Source of the DNA: Rhynchobatus australiae
Taxonomy: Eukaryota
Reading direction: 5' to 3'
Length of the DNA stretch: 64,000 nt
Assembly: GCA_034780895.1 (NCBI GenBank)
Contig: JAUZTB010008443.1
Location: 1-64,000 of the forward strand
Both the position numbers and the translations under genes were made by a program. Positions 1 through 11,330 of this stretch are shown here, in pieces. The notes under the pieces were generated by a model, which was given only the letters and a program-made list of their open reading frames with translations, did no database searches and was not told the DNA's origin. Each line of letters begins with the position of its first letter. Within the stretch, counting starts at the first letter, position 1.

Positions 1-15
1 AGGAAAATAGTTGAT

Positions 16-321
16 ATGCCGGACATCCACAAAAAATTAGACCAAATGATGCTGATTATTCAGGACGTAAAAAAAGACGTTCAAGAAGTTAAAGAAGACG
101 TCGGCGTACTAAAAACAGACATGGTGCTTGTCAAAGAAGACATTAAGGTTTTAAAAGAAGACATGGTGCTTGTCAAAGAAGACATTAAAGTTCTAAAAAA
201 AGACGTCAAAGTTTTAAAAGAAGACATGGTGCTTGTCAAAGAAGACATTAAAGTTCTAAAAAAAGACGTTGCCATTATTAAATCGGTACCTATTATAAAA
301 GCCGCTTTTGAAAATCAGTAG
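16..321 (+). CDS. Small coiled-coil protein built from heptad repeats (D-[MVI]-x-x-[VL]-K-[EK]), 101 aa
   Basis: AGGA RBS at 1-4, ATG at 16, TAG at 319-321; about 10 uninterrupted heptads with hydrophobic a/d positions. Confidence 0.8.
   Translation: MPDIHKKLDQMMLIIQDVKKDVQEVKEDVGVLKTDMVLVKEDIKVLKEDMVLVKEDIKVLKKDVKVLKEDMVLVKEDIKVLKKDVAIIKSVPIIKAAFENQ
76..285 (+). repeat. Intragenic 21-bp tandem repeat, about 10 units each beginning GAC
   Basis: GACATGGTGCTTGTCAAAGAA is exact at 118, 160 and 223; GACATTAAAGTTCTAAAAAAA is exact at 181 and 244; 160-206 is identical to 223-269. Confidence 0.95.
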
Positions 322-577
322 TTATTTTTTTAAAAACACAAATAGATAAGTTTTGGGTTTGACTAATACTTATTTTTTGATTGTTGATTTTTTACTGTTA
401 AAATGATCAAGTTATTCTTAAAGATTAAACATTTACTATTTATTTTTGATAATATTTTTTAAAAAATTTAGTTATTAGACAATTTAGTATATCTCTAAAT
501 TTTTAAGATGCAAAAAAACCATCTCTTTTTTAATAAAAGTAAGTAAATATAAGTGATTATAATTATTTTTTTTTAAA

Positions 578-608
578 TAAAAATCAGTAAATTTTTTACT
601 GATTTTTA
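578..608. terminator. Perfect 14-bp hairpin between convergent genes, probable bidirectional terminator
   Basis: TAAAAATCAGTAAA-ttt-TTTACTGATTTTTA. Confidence 0.65.
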
Positions 609-788
609 GAAATTTATTTACAAAACTTCTTTTAAGTTTTATAAAAATATTTTTTTAATAATTTTTCTTAGTTTTAAAATGAAAAAGTAAAGATAATTTT
701 AATCTTAAAAACTATTCAATAAGAAAATTAAAAAGCAATTTATGAAAATAGTAAAAGCTAAAATTCTTTAAAATTTTAAAAACTTTTT

Positions 789-1256
789 CTAAGTGTAATT
801 AATTACTAAAAAAGGAATTGTAATTATTAACAGTAAAAAAGAACAAAAAGACAAAAAATATAAAAATGTATAATTTCGCTTTGCTTGCATTTTAATATAA
901 GTGCTTAAAGAAATGCTTTTGGAACGATTAGCCCTTGGTACAAAACGTAATTGTTCTTTAATGTTAACTTTGGCATTATAAAGCGCTACGCTCACGTTTT
1001 GCCCTAAAACGATACTATGAATGCGATTTAAAAAGAAAAGAGCTAGAGAAACGGCGCTAAAAACTGAAAGAGCATCGTATCAAAGCAAGCCATTGTGCAA
1101 AATTAAAACTAAATTGGAAATTAATAAAACAATTAAATAAAGAGTAAACTTAAGCGCATTATCGCGATTAAATTCACGCTCTAAAACAAATTTAAAGTGT
1201 TTATAAGTAAAAATTTGTTTTCATTTAGTTTTTCAGTTTTGTCAATACTTTTTCAT
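789..1256 (-). CDS. Small membrane protein (155 aa, about 3 TM) translationally coupled to oppF; DUF3899-like by position
   Basis: Code-4 ORF MKKYWQNWKTKWKQIF...; ATG overlaps the oppF stop (TAATG at 1258-1254); hydrophobic segments. Confidence 0.7.
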
Positions 1257-3616
1257 TATTGTGGCACTCAAGTTTTGATTTGTGCTTCGGTTCCAAAAAG
1301 ATAATGTTCTTTTTCAATTTCTTGGCGTACAATCACGTTAGGAAAACTTTGTGCTTCTAAATATTCTAGTGCAAAACTTGTAGAAATAAATTTTTGATTA
1401 GCATTACTAATCTTAGGAATTGATTTAAATAAATTAATAGTGTAAGGATGGAGCGGTTTTTGATAAATTTTATTAGTATTACCTTCTTCAACAATTTTTC
1501 CTAAGTGCATAATAATAGTGCGATTTGCAATATATTCCACCATACTTAAATCATGGGCAATAAAAATAATGCCAATTTTATTTTCCCGTCCTAATAATCT
1601 TAAAAGATTAACGATTTGCGCTTGAATGGAAATGTCTAAAGAAGCAATTGGTTCATCAGCAATTAAAAGTTTCGGTTTAGTAACTAAAGCGCGGGCAATG
1701 ACAATTCTTTGTCTTTGTCCACCACTAAATTCATGAGGATAACGATAAGCAAACTGGCGCAAAAGGCCAACAGCTTCTAAGGCGTTATAAATTGTTTTTT
1801 TAATTAATAATTTGGAAACTAAATATTTTTCCAGAGGATATTTTAAAAAGCTAGTTAAGGCATTTTTATAATGGCCAAAAAAGAATCTTAAAATTTTTAT
1901 GTCTTTTGTTAAAAATTTAAATTCACTATTAAATTTTTTTAAAGTTTTCATTTTTTCTTGGGCTTTATTTTCAAAATCTTTTAAGAGATTTTTGATTTCC
2001 TTAACTTTTAAATTACGCTTTTGATAAAGATTAGTTGCTAAGTTTTTAAAGTTAATTAAGTCTTTTTTGAAAACTGCAAAAACTTCTTTTTCAGCACCCA
2101 GATGCTTTTTAAAGCGTTTTTTTTCTTTTAAGTAAATAGTTTCCATTTGGCGATTAATTTTTTCTTGCTTGGCAGTGTATTTATTAATTTGCTCACGATG
2201 CTCGGCTCAAACTTTTTGGTAATGGGCTTGCGCTTTTTGATAAAGCTGCATCATTTTTTGATGATCAATTACGCGATTTAAATTTTTAATGGCTTTTTTA
2301 ATTTTGCTAATTGCTAATTTTGCTTCTGAACTTAAAGTTACTGTTGCCGTTTTAAAAGATTGTGCTTTGTCTAAATATTTATTAAAATCAAAATGATAAT
2401 TTTTTTTAATGTAATCTTTAATTTGTTTTGCTAAAGGTAAATCTAAATTTAAAGCTCAATTTGCTTTAATAAAAGTGCGATGGTACTGAAAAAGATCATC
2501 AAACAATTTTTGGATATTATCAACGTCTAAATGTTTAAATAAAGGATTAGTGAGGCTAATAAAGTTAAAAGGAGCAATTCAATTGAGCCTGGGTGCGATA
2601 ATGTTGCCACTATGGCCATAAGTAAAAGTTCTTTTAAGATGAAATAAATAAGTCGCTTGATTAGGCGCGCGATTGGCGCGCGAACGTTCTAATAAGTATT
2701 CATTACGTAAATCAGCAACTAAAGAATTTAATAAATTAGTACGGTTTCTTAATTTATCTTTGAGTTCTGCTTGATCTTTTCTGTTTTTTTCTTGCATCGC
2801 TTTTTTTTGTGCTAACAATTTTAAGGACTGATCGGTTTCTTTTAAATTAATTTTAGCGCGCCTTAAAGCTTTTTGCGCAGCTACTAAATTTTTTTCGTCT
2901 AAATCTAAATCGTTTTTTAAATACCTTGCTTGGGCTTTAAAATATTGATTATAAAGCTGATCTTGAATCGTGTATAAATTTTTAATGCTAGAGCTTTTAG
3001 CAGCTTGAATAGCATTTAAAGGATCAACTAAAGCATTAAAAATGTCATTAAGATTGTGATCTGTATTATTACTAATTTCTTCAAGATTAAGCGTTTGTAA
3101 ACGCGTTTGCGCTTTTTCATAAACTAAACTTAAGCTTTTATTAGTTTTAATGTATAAAGCGGCTGCGGCTTTTAAATAGGCATTGTTTAAAGTGTGTTTA
3201 AAATAGTAAGTAACTTCTTTTCAATTTTTAAAAATTTCTTTTGTTTCGTCTTTAATTATTTTATTAACGACTAAAGGTTCACGAATAATAGAAAAAACAG
3301 TTTTTTGTGAATTTAGTGAAGAGTGTGGATCTTGAAAAATCATTTGCACGTTTTTTCTTAAAAAACGTTGCTTTTCTTTAGCAATTTTGCGTCCTGAAAC
3401 AGTTTGCCCTAAGACTTTAACATTGCCCGAATAATCATCATAAAGACGAATTAAAGAACGCCCCACTGTAGTTTTACCTGAGCCTGATTCGCCAATAAGG
3501 CCAATTACTTCTCCTTCATGGACTGTAAAGCTAATATTGTCAACGGCTTTAACGATATTGCCACGATTACGGAAATATTTTTTAAGGTTTTGTATTTCAA
3601 TAATTTTCTGCTTCAT
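1256..3616 (-). CDS. oppF: Oligopeptide ABC transporter ATPase OppF with long helical insertion (786 aa)
   Basis: Walker A GESGSGKT, QMIFQDP, FSGGQRQR, LIADEP, HPYT; track fragments 3221-3637, 2579-2818 and 1268-2146 share one frame joined by TGA. Confidence 0.93.
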
Positions 3617-3617
3617 T

Positions 3618-4763
3618 TTATTTCCGTTCTTTAACAAAAGCTTCTTTAAAAGCTTGGATCCGTAACTTTAAAGCTTCGCTGATTTCAATTTTGGGGGCAT
3701 AAGGGTGTAAAAGTCAAGTAGCAGCGTAATGATTGTCTTTAACATGGAAAAGAGGGGGCTCTTTTTTAAAATCAATTTCCATAGCATAATCATTACGTGA
3801 AGCAAAAGGATCACCAACTGGTAAATTAGCCATATCGGGTGGAGTGCCTTCAATTGAGTAAAGATCTTGATCTTCATTTTCTGGAATGGAAGAGATCAAA
3901 GCCCAAGTATAAGGGTGCTTTGGATTTGAAAAGATGGCTTCGCGTGAACCTCTTTCAACAATTTTACCAGCATACATAACATAAATATAATCGCAAAATT
4001 TAGCAACCACACTAATATTATGAGAAATAAAAATAATACTAATGTTATAAGTGTTACGAATTTGTTCTAAAAGTGCTAAAACGCTAGCTTGTACAGTTGG
4101 GTCTAAAGCCGTAGTAGGCTCATCAGCAATAATAATATCGGGCTGTTTAGCAATCACCATGGCAATCACGACTCTTTGCTTCATTCCTCCAGAAAAAGTG
4201 TGGGGATAAAGTTTTAAGTTTTGCCTCGCTCCGCGCATGCCAAAAGATTCCAAAATTTCAACGACATAGTCTTCTTTTTCTTTTTTAGTTTTAAAACGGG
4301 GATCTTGATGTAAAGTATCGAGCAGCTGTTTGCCAATTGTGCGCGTTGGGTTTAAAGAAGTTAAAGGGTCTTGAGGAATGTAACCAATTTTAACGCCGCG
4401 CACAGCTTTTCAGTGTTTATCTTTTTTAAAGTTACTAATATCAATGCCACTCACTAACATTTTTTGAGCATGAAAAATAGCGTTCTCATTAACACCTAAA
4501 AAAGCTTTAGAAGTGACTGATTTTCCTGAGCCAGACTCACCCACTAAACCGACAATAGAACCGCGCTCAATTGCTAAATCAATACCACGAATAATGTGTA
4601 AACGTTTTTTTCTAGAAATGCGAAAATAAACATTTAAATCTTGCGATTCTAAGAGTAAATCTTTTTTTTGTTCAGTGCTTGTTTCTTTTTGTGCAAAAGT
4701 ATTGGCTGAAGTTTTTTTGGATTTTGGCGCTGTTACAAGATCGCTTTTTTTTATTTTTAACAT
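3618..4763 (-). CDS. oppD: Oligopeptide ABC transporter ATPase OppD (381 aa)
   Basis: GESGSGKS, PQDPLTSLNP, FSGGMKQR, IIADEPTTALD, HPYTWAL, RNDYA. Confidence 0.95.
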
Positions 4764-4765
4764 TA

Positions 4766-5977
4766 TTAACTTTTGCCTCGAATAATGCGTGGATCTAAAG
4801 CATCGTGTAAACCGATAGCGACAAACTGCAGCGATAAAGATAAAGATAACAAAATTAATGAAGGTAAGAGTAAACCTCAAAAATTAATACCGACGGTAGC
4901 GCGCGCATTGTTTAAAACAACGCCTAAATTATAAGTATTAGTAGTATCGATCAGTCTTAAAAATGCTAAGGCGGAAACAGCAAATACTACCGAAGGGATG
5001 CGCACTACAAAGCGTGCGATTAATTTACCAAAAATGGCTGGTAAAGCGTGCGAGAAAATTTGTCGTAATTTGGAAGCGCCGATTGATTTAGAAGCGATAA
5101 TGTATTCTTGATCTTTAACTAAAATAATGAAATTACGCGTAATTGCCATGGGACCGACCCAACCTAAAAAAGTTAAGATTAAAAATAAAGTGCCAAAACC
5201 AGAACCAAAAATAGCTACTAAAATAACGAATCAAATAAGCGGTGGAATTGCTGAAAAAATATCAACAATTCTTAAAAATAAAGTGTCTAAAGCTTTACCG
5301 GCGTGAAAGCCAACATAAGCACCTATTAAAACACCAATAATTACTTCAGTAGTCGTTACTAAAAGTCCAAGCCCAATGGCTTCTAAAGTGCCTGATCAAG
5401 TGCGCGTTCAAATATCAGCGCCTTGGCTAGTAGTTCCTAATAAAGTTTTAAGAGGAATAGCACTACCGGTAGCGATTTGTGATTGGATAGTATAAAAATC
5501 ATAAGCATTGTAAGTAACGATAAAGCCAATCCCTGTTTCTGAAGCTCTTAAATCGAAACTAAAAGGTTGCGCTGAGTTTTTGCTAAATTGGACGGCATCG
5601 TTTAAATTTTTTAAAAGCGGATCATTAGCAATGACTATGCGATTAATGATCGGTTTATAAGAAGGAGGCAGATTGTTAACAATTTGTCCTGCAGCATCAA
5701 ATTTATCAAAGTTTACTTTTTTAATGGGATCAAAAGTAGCACTTTGTGAAATAATTACTGACATTAAAATTAAGAGAATAAAAACAAATAAAGCAAAGGC
5801 AGCATAAGGATTAGAAAAGAACCGTTTTCACACTTCTAAAAAATCGTTTTTTGGTTTACCGACTAACTCAGCATTTAAATATTTAGATTTTTGTGCCGCT
5901 AGCGCTTTAAATTCTTGCGCTTTTAAAATTCCTAATTGGTATTTTTTATTAAAATCACTCGCAAAATTATTTTCCAT
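4766..5977 (-). CDS. oppC: Oligopeptide ABC permease OppC (403 aa)
   Basis: LGTTSQGADIWTR, EAA-like loop EYIIASKSIGAS, C-terminal GLHDALDPR. Confidence 0.93.
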
Positions 5978-5983
5978 AAATTT

Positions 5984-7114
5984 TTATTCGCTTTCTTTTG
6001 TTTTTGCCGAAACGGTTTTAAGACTTTGATAACGATTTTTTAAAGCTCAGCTGATAAGTTTTTTATCACCTCAGCGCTTGTGCACTTTTCTTTGTAAATT
6101 CGCTAATCAAAAAGAAAAGTAATTGCTTGAGCTGCGGCTTTTGGCGAATTTAATCGTAGGATCAACGACAACGTATAGAGAATCAACAAAAATGCTAATG
6201 GCCTGACCGGCACTTGAAAAAAAGAGGGCATTAAACATAATGACATGAATTTCCCCTATTGTAAAGAAACTAATAATTGTCGTTGAAGAGCCTGGCACGC
6301 CAAAAAACTGTTCAATTAAAATATTGGAAGACAAAAGTCCTAAAAAGGAAGGAATAATTAAGCCTAAGACTGGTAAAGAAGCGTTTCTTAAAACGTGCTT
6401 AAAGAAAATTTGTCGGCCGCTTAAGCCTTTGGTTTTAGCGATTAAAACATGATTTGATGTTAGAACGGTAACCATTTGGTTACGCGTATAAATCATGTAA
6501 ATTGATAAAGCGCTTAAAACAGAAACAGTAATTGGTGTAATTAAAGATAGAAAAATCGTAGTTGTAGTAGTCGAGGCTACTTCGGAACGCCTAAACTCTG
6601 GAGGTAAGCCAATATTAACAGCAATAATAATGGCAATCGGGGCAATTATAAAAGCGGGTAAACCAACGAAAATATTAGTAAAAACATTAATTAATGAATC
6701 AATCAATTTACCACGATTATAAGCTGCGATCACGCCAAAGATAATACCAAAAATAGTGGAAATAAAAAACACCGGAATCGTTACTAAAATAGTAAAACGT
6801 AAAGGTCCAAAAAACGCTTGATCTGGAGTTAAATTACGATCAGAAAAAATGACACCTAAATCACCATTAACGAATAAATTGTAAACGTATTTACCAAAAC
6901 GAACGATGACTGGATCAAAAAAACCGTTTTGCCTTAACTCTTCGTTAATGACATCGTTTAAAGATAAGCCTGGAGGAGTAATTGGAGGCTTTTCTATTGC
7001 GGCTTCACGAATGGGATTTTTTCCTTGCGTTGCTTGCAAAAAATAAACAATAATTAATAAAGCAAAAATAGTGAAAAAGCCTAGAATAATTCTTTTAAGA
7101 ATGTATCGAAACAT
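5984..7114 (-). CDS. oppB: Oligopeptide ABC permease OppB (376 aa)
   Basis: MFRYILKRI start, AKTKGLS...KHVLRNA, IEQFFGVPG, VDP; TAA at 5986-5984. Confidence 0.95.
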
Positions 7115-7150
7115 CTTTTCCTTTCAGCTCTTGCAATTTACAAATTAACA

Positions 7151-7223
7151 ACTAATGGATCAAATTTTTTGATCCATTAGTAATTGTTTTTTGAGAGAAC
7201 ATTAAATTAATATTTAATGTTCT
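7151..7223. terminator. Two adjacent perfect hairpins in the oppA-oppB spacer (attenuator or mRNA-stability elements)
   Basis: ACTAATGGATCAAA-ttt-TTTGATCCATTAGT (7151-7181) and AGAACATTAAAT-taat-ATTTAATGTTCT (7196-7223). Confidence 0.7.
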
Positions 7224-7252
7224 TAGTTTTTAACTAATGGCTTAAATTTTAG

Positions 7253-10144
7253 TTATTTGCGAATTAAAACGCGTCGGTCTTGATAGTAGACCGCTTTTGA
7301 AGTAGAACGAGCAACAATGAAGCCCGGTTGACGTAGAAAAGCAGTTCCAGTTTCCAAATTGTTAGTTAAATTGCGACGTGAAAAAGGAGAGTTGGCAATT
7401 AAAGTAAGTTCTTGGATTAAATCTATTCATTCTTGATTAGTAATTTGATCTTGATATCAAAGCCCAAAACGGGCAATTTCAGTATCAGGATCAATTACTT
7501 TTTTGCTTACTGGATCGGTATATTCTAAATATTCTTTTACGTGCGTTCCTTCAGCGTTAGTAATTTCTTTTCAAGAATTAAAAGGTTTATTAAAACGTAA
7601 ATGTAATTTGTTTTTAGCACTATTTTTATTATCATCAAGCGCATTAAGACTATCAACGTTTTCTTGCATTGCTTTAGCAACTTTTTGTATCTGAGGAAAA
7701 GCTTGATTAGTTTCTTGTTGAGCAAATAAAGATAAAGCTCCGATTAAAGTTTTGTTATCACCATAAATTGAGGCGTGTAAAAAAGTTCCGGCGCCATCGT
7801 AATCACTGTTTCAACCATTAACTTCTGATAACCCTTGTTGTTGAATGAAGTGTGGGTATAGATTTTCACTTTGAGCAGGTTTGATACCAACAAATTTAAG
7901 TCGTCCTTTATCATCAAGACCGTTAAGAGCTTTAATTGTAGATTCAAGATTCTTAGTACGAGTTTCGTCCCAAGCAATTAAAAAGTAAGAAATTGTTGCT
8001 TCAATTGGATTATCTTTAGTTATTGAAGAGTATTCTGGCTTGTCTAATAAAGCAGTCATGATTTTTTTGAGTTCATTGTATTTAGGGTTGCGAAAAGCTT
8101 TTTCACTAATTGCATTTGATGAACCATTAAGAAAGTCTTGATAAGAAGTAGCAACTTTTTTTGTTCGGTCTTGTGCCACAAAAGTTGAGTTTAATTTTTC
8201 AAAACCATCGCGTGGCGTTTTTTCTTTAGATTTATTATGGTTACTTCCAGCTAAACTTATATCGGTTGCAAAGTGTGGGAATCAAGATAAAGAAGAATTA
8301 GCGCTTAAATTATTAGCTTGCGTTACTAAGTTAATAACGCTTGATAAAATAGTTCTAAAAGTAACGCCATCACCATCGTAAAACTGTTTTGTTGATTTTG
8401 CTGTTCCTTTTTTGAGCTCATCAATAGTAGCCCCATAAACGATTTTGGCATAACTATCATTGAAAGAGTAATTTGGCTCATTAACAATTTTTTCACCTTT
8501 TTTATTAGTGGTTTCAATATTAGGTTTAGGATAAGATAATCACCAAAAAACGTTAACACTAGAAGAAAAGTTTTTGCTAATTGAATAATCCAAGAAATTA
8601 TTAATCGGTTTTAAACTTTCATCAGTTCCCTTAATAAGGGCATCGCGTTTATCATCTGGAAGCCTTGAAAGGCCTAGTTCAGTAATTGTGCCACCAGCAA
8701 AAGCGTTGTATAAACGATTAGCTAAGGCACTAACATCAGTATTTTTTCCGTATATTGAAGTTAAGTTTTTTAGTGAAGTTTTTGATTTAACTCATTTTTG
8801 ATCAACAAAAAACGGATTAATTTCTGCTGTTTCCACTTTTTTAAATTTATCAATAAATTTAGGAACATAAGCGGAAGCAAAGAGCATTTTTTCGCGGTTT
8901 TTACCGTATCAATAAGTACCAATTTCTTTAGCTAAATTTTCTGCTTTACGCGTGATTTGTTCGGTGCTCGTTGAGCTAGTTTTTCCAGTAATGGTATTTA
9001 GTTCTTGATTTTCATCAGCTTTAATGTATTTAGTAGGAGCGATTACGTATAAGTAGGAATCAATGAAAAGGGCATCAAAAGCAAAGTCTAATTTTTGAGA
9101 ACCAGAGCTTTCATTAGCATAAACGGTATACGCTTTATCACCTTTACTATTAGTCGTTATAGCTTTAGCTTTTTCGCTTAATAAATCTCCTCTAATTCCG
9201 AAAAGATCGTATAAATATTCATTAGGAAAACGTGAAGTATTTTCAAAAATTTGATGAGTTGTTTCGGCATACAAAATATCATCTAAATCTTTAGAACCAC
9301 CATTACTACGACGAAAAGAAACTTCATACATTTTGGTTCTTAAATAAGAAGTCAAAATGTCTTCTGCTTCCACTACATAATCAGATTTTTCACCTTTATA
9401 ATTAACTCAAGGAATGTCTTTTTTTACAGAAATACTAAATTGTTTAGCATTTTTTAAATCTTCTAAAAATTGTGGGTTGTTAATACTATTAGCTTGATCA
9501 GAACTTAAGCGATAAGAAGTTTCTTTAAATGATTCACCAAAATCGGGCAATTTCTCATGAGCGTCACTATCGTAGTACTTAATAGTACCGTCTTTTAAAG
9601 TAATCTCCACCGCTTCTGCTATTTCTAATTTATAGTAAGCAAGTGAAGGTTGTAAAATTTTAATAGTGTTTTTAATACCACCATCTGCTTTAGCAACTGG
9701 GGTCACTTTTAATAAAGTTTGACCTACAGAAGCAGTTCTAATTATTTGTGGTGCGAATTTGCTAAAATCAGCAATTCCGGCTGAGCCATAAGCAAAAGAT
9801 TGATCATAACGGAAAAATTGATTAGGAAATTCACCATTAACATTGTCAAAAACTTGTCTGCCCAAAGCAACAGGAATCTCAGTATTAGGAATAACGTTTC
9901 CTACTGTTACACTAGAACCTGTATATTCTTCACCAAAAGCAGCTTTAGCTATTGTTTCTAAGTTGCTTTTCGCTTGATCAAAAGGCAAATTATCTTCAGT
10001 AATTACTCCATCTAAAAATGTTGCTGTAGAGTTATTTTTAATTTCATCATTAGAACAAGCAACTGCTACCGAAAGGGTGGCAACTGAAGCTACAAAAGCG
10101 CCTAAATGTAATAGTGTTTTTTTCTTAATTTTTTTTAAAAACAT
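7253..10144 (-). CDS. oppA: OppA-family substrate-binding lipoprotein (963 aa), cognate to opp operon 1
   Basis: AGGAG RBS; signal peptide with lipobox AVAC; GWNSDY motif; directly upstream of oppBCDF; one frame through several TGA. Confidence 0.88.
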
Positions 10145-10471
10145 ATTTCTCCTTAATATTTAGATTAGTTTTTATTGCTTTTCAATAATTGACTTAAAAT
10201 GATAATTTTATAAAAGTAGTTTTTAATAAAAAAATTTCTTAATTAAAAGATTTTCATTAATATTACAAAATAATCGTCAATTTCGTAGCTTAATAAACAA
10301 AAAGGTCAGTTTTATTTTATCATAAAAACCTTGTTTTAGCATGCCTAGCTCACAAGGATTCTAAATTTCATGAAACAAAACTTAATTTTTTTTAAAATCA
10401 TTTTGATAAATTTGCAAAAGATAAAGTTATTTTTTTAGTTTTTAATAAATTTATCTTTGTTTAATGTTCAA

Positions 10472-11113
10472 TTAAACTGTTATTAATAAATCTTGATTTA
10501 TCTTCATAATAAAATTATTTTTATGTATTAATAAACGCTGATAAAAATGTTTTTCTCAGCTTATAAGATTTAGTTTTGCTTTTCGGATCAAGCTTTTAAA
10601 GCCTTTTGGCTTGCTACTTTGATAAATTAACAAATTATTGTTTTGCTTTTTATTACTTTTTGTAAAAAACTTTAAATTGATTGTAAAAAACTTTAAATTG
10701 ATATTAAATAACTTTTTAAAAAGGATCAAAAGTTTAATTATTAAAATACGATTATTTTTTTCATGAAGATCAAATTTTTTAATATCAAAGTGTGCTAAAA
10801 AAGAACGGTTTTTTTCTAGACTCAATAAAAGCGGAGAAACTATTTTTCAAGCTTGAACACTTAAAAAAGAATTTTTAGGAAAATTGTAATAATTTTTAGA
10901 CAAACTATCATTAAGCAGTTTTGCAAAATTTTCCATGAAATAAAAATTTTGCAAAACTCTTAAATAAGCTTGAAACTTTTGCTTTTTAAAAGCTGCAAGC
11001 TGGTAAGTAAAATAAGGGCCTTGATTTAATCAAGGATTTTCAATCAAAATCAAAAAAAGCGCTAAAGCTCACAGTTTTGAAAGATAGTTTTTTATTTTAG
11101 TTTTACTACTCAT
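10472..11113 (-). CDS. Hypothetical basic protein (213 aa)
   Basis: AAGGAG RBS then ATG at 11113 (MSSKTKIKNYLSKLWALALFLILIE...); open in code 4 to TAA at 10474-10472. Confidence 0.6.
10660..10701. repeat. Perfect 21-bp tandem duplication (in frame, INLKFFT twice)
   Basis: TTGTAAAAAACTTTAAATTGA at 10660-10680 and 10681-10701. Confidence 0.9.
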
Positions 11114-11330
11114 CGCTGCTCCTTATGCTTTTTTTAATTAAAAATTGTAACTAATTCTTTATAAATAATAAGATTAACGATAAATTAAGTATATACAGTA
11201 ATTTTAATATCGAAAATTTACTATTCTTAAGGAATTACCTATTATATAAATTTAACACTTTTATCAAGAAAAGTGTATTTTTATTAATTTTAGTTCTTGT
11301 AAAGATGGTTAAACCATAAAAGCTTTTTTC

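Noticed and set aside
81-275. Antisense S/T-rich ORF
   Set aside because: Shadow of the repeat gene on the opposite strand
76-285. Repeat run as a CRISPR array
   Set aside because: Units are contiguous 21-mers with no spacers and encode heptads in frame
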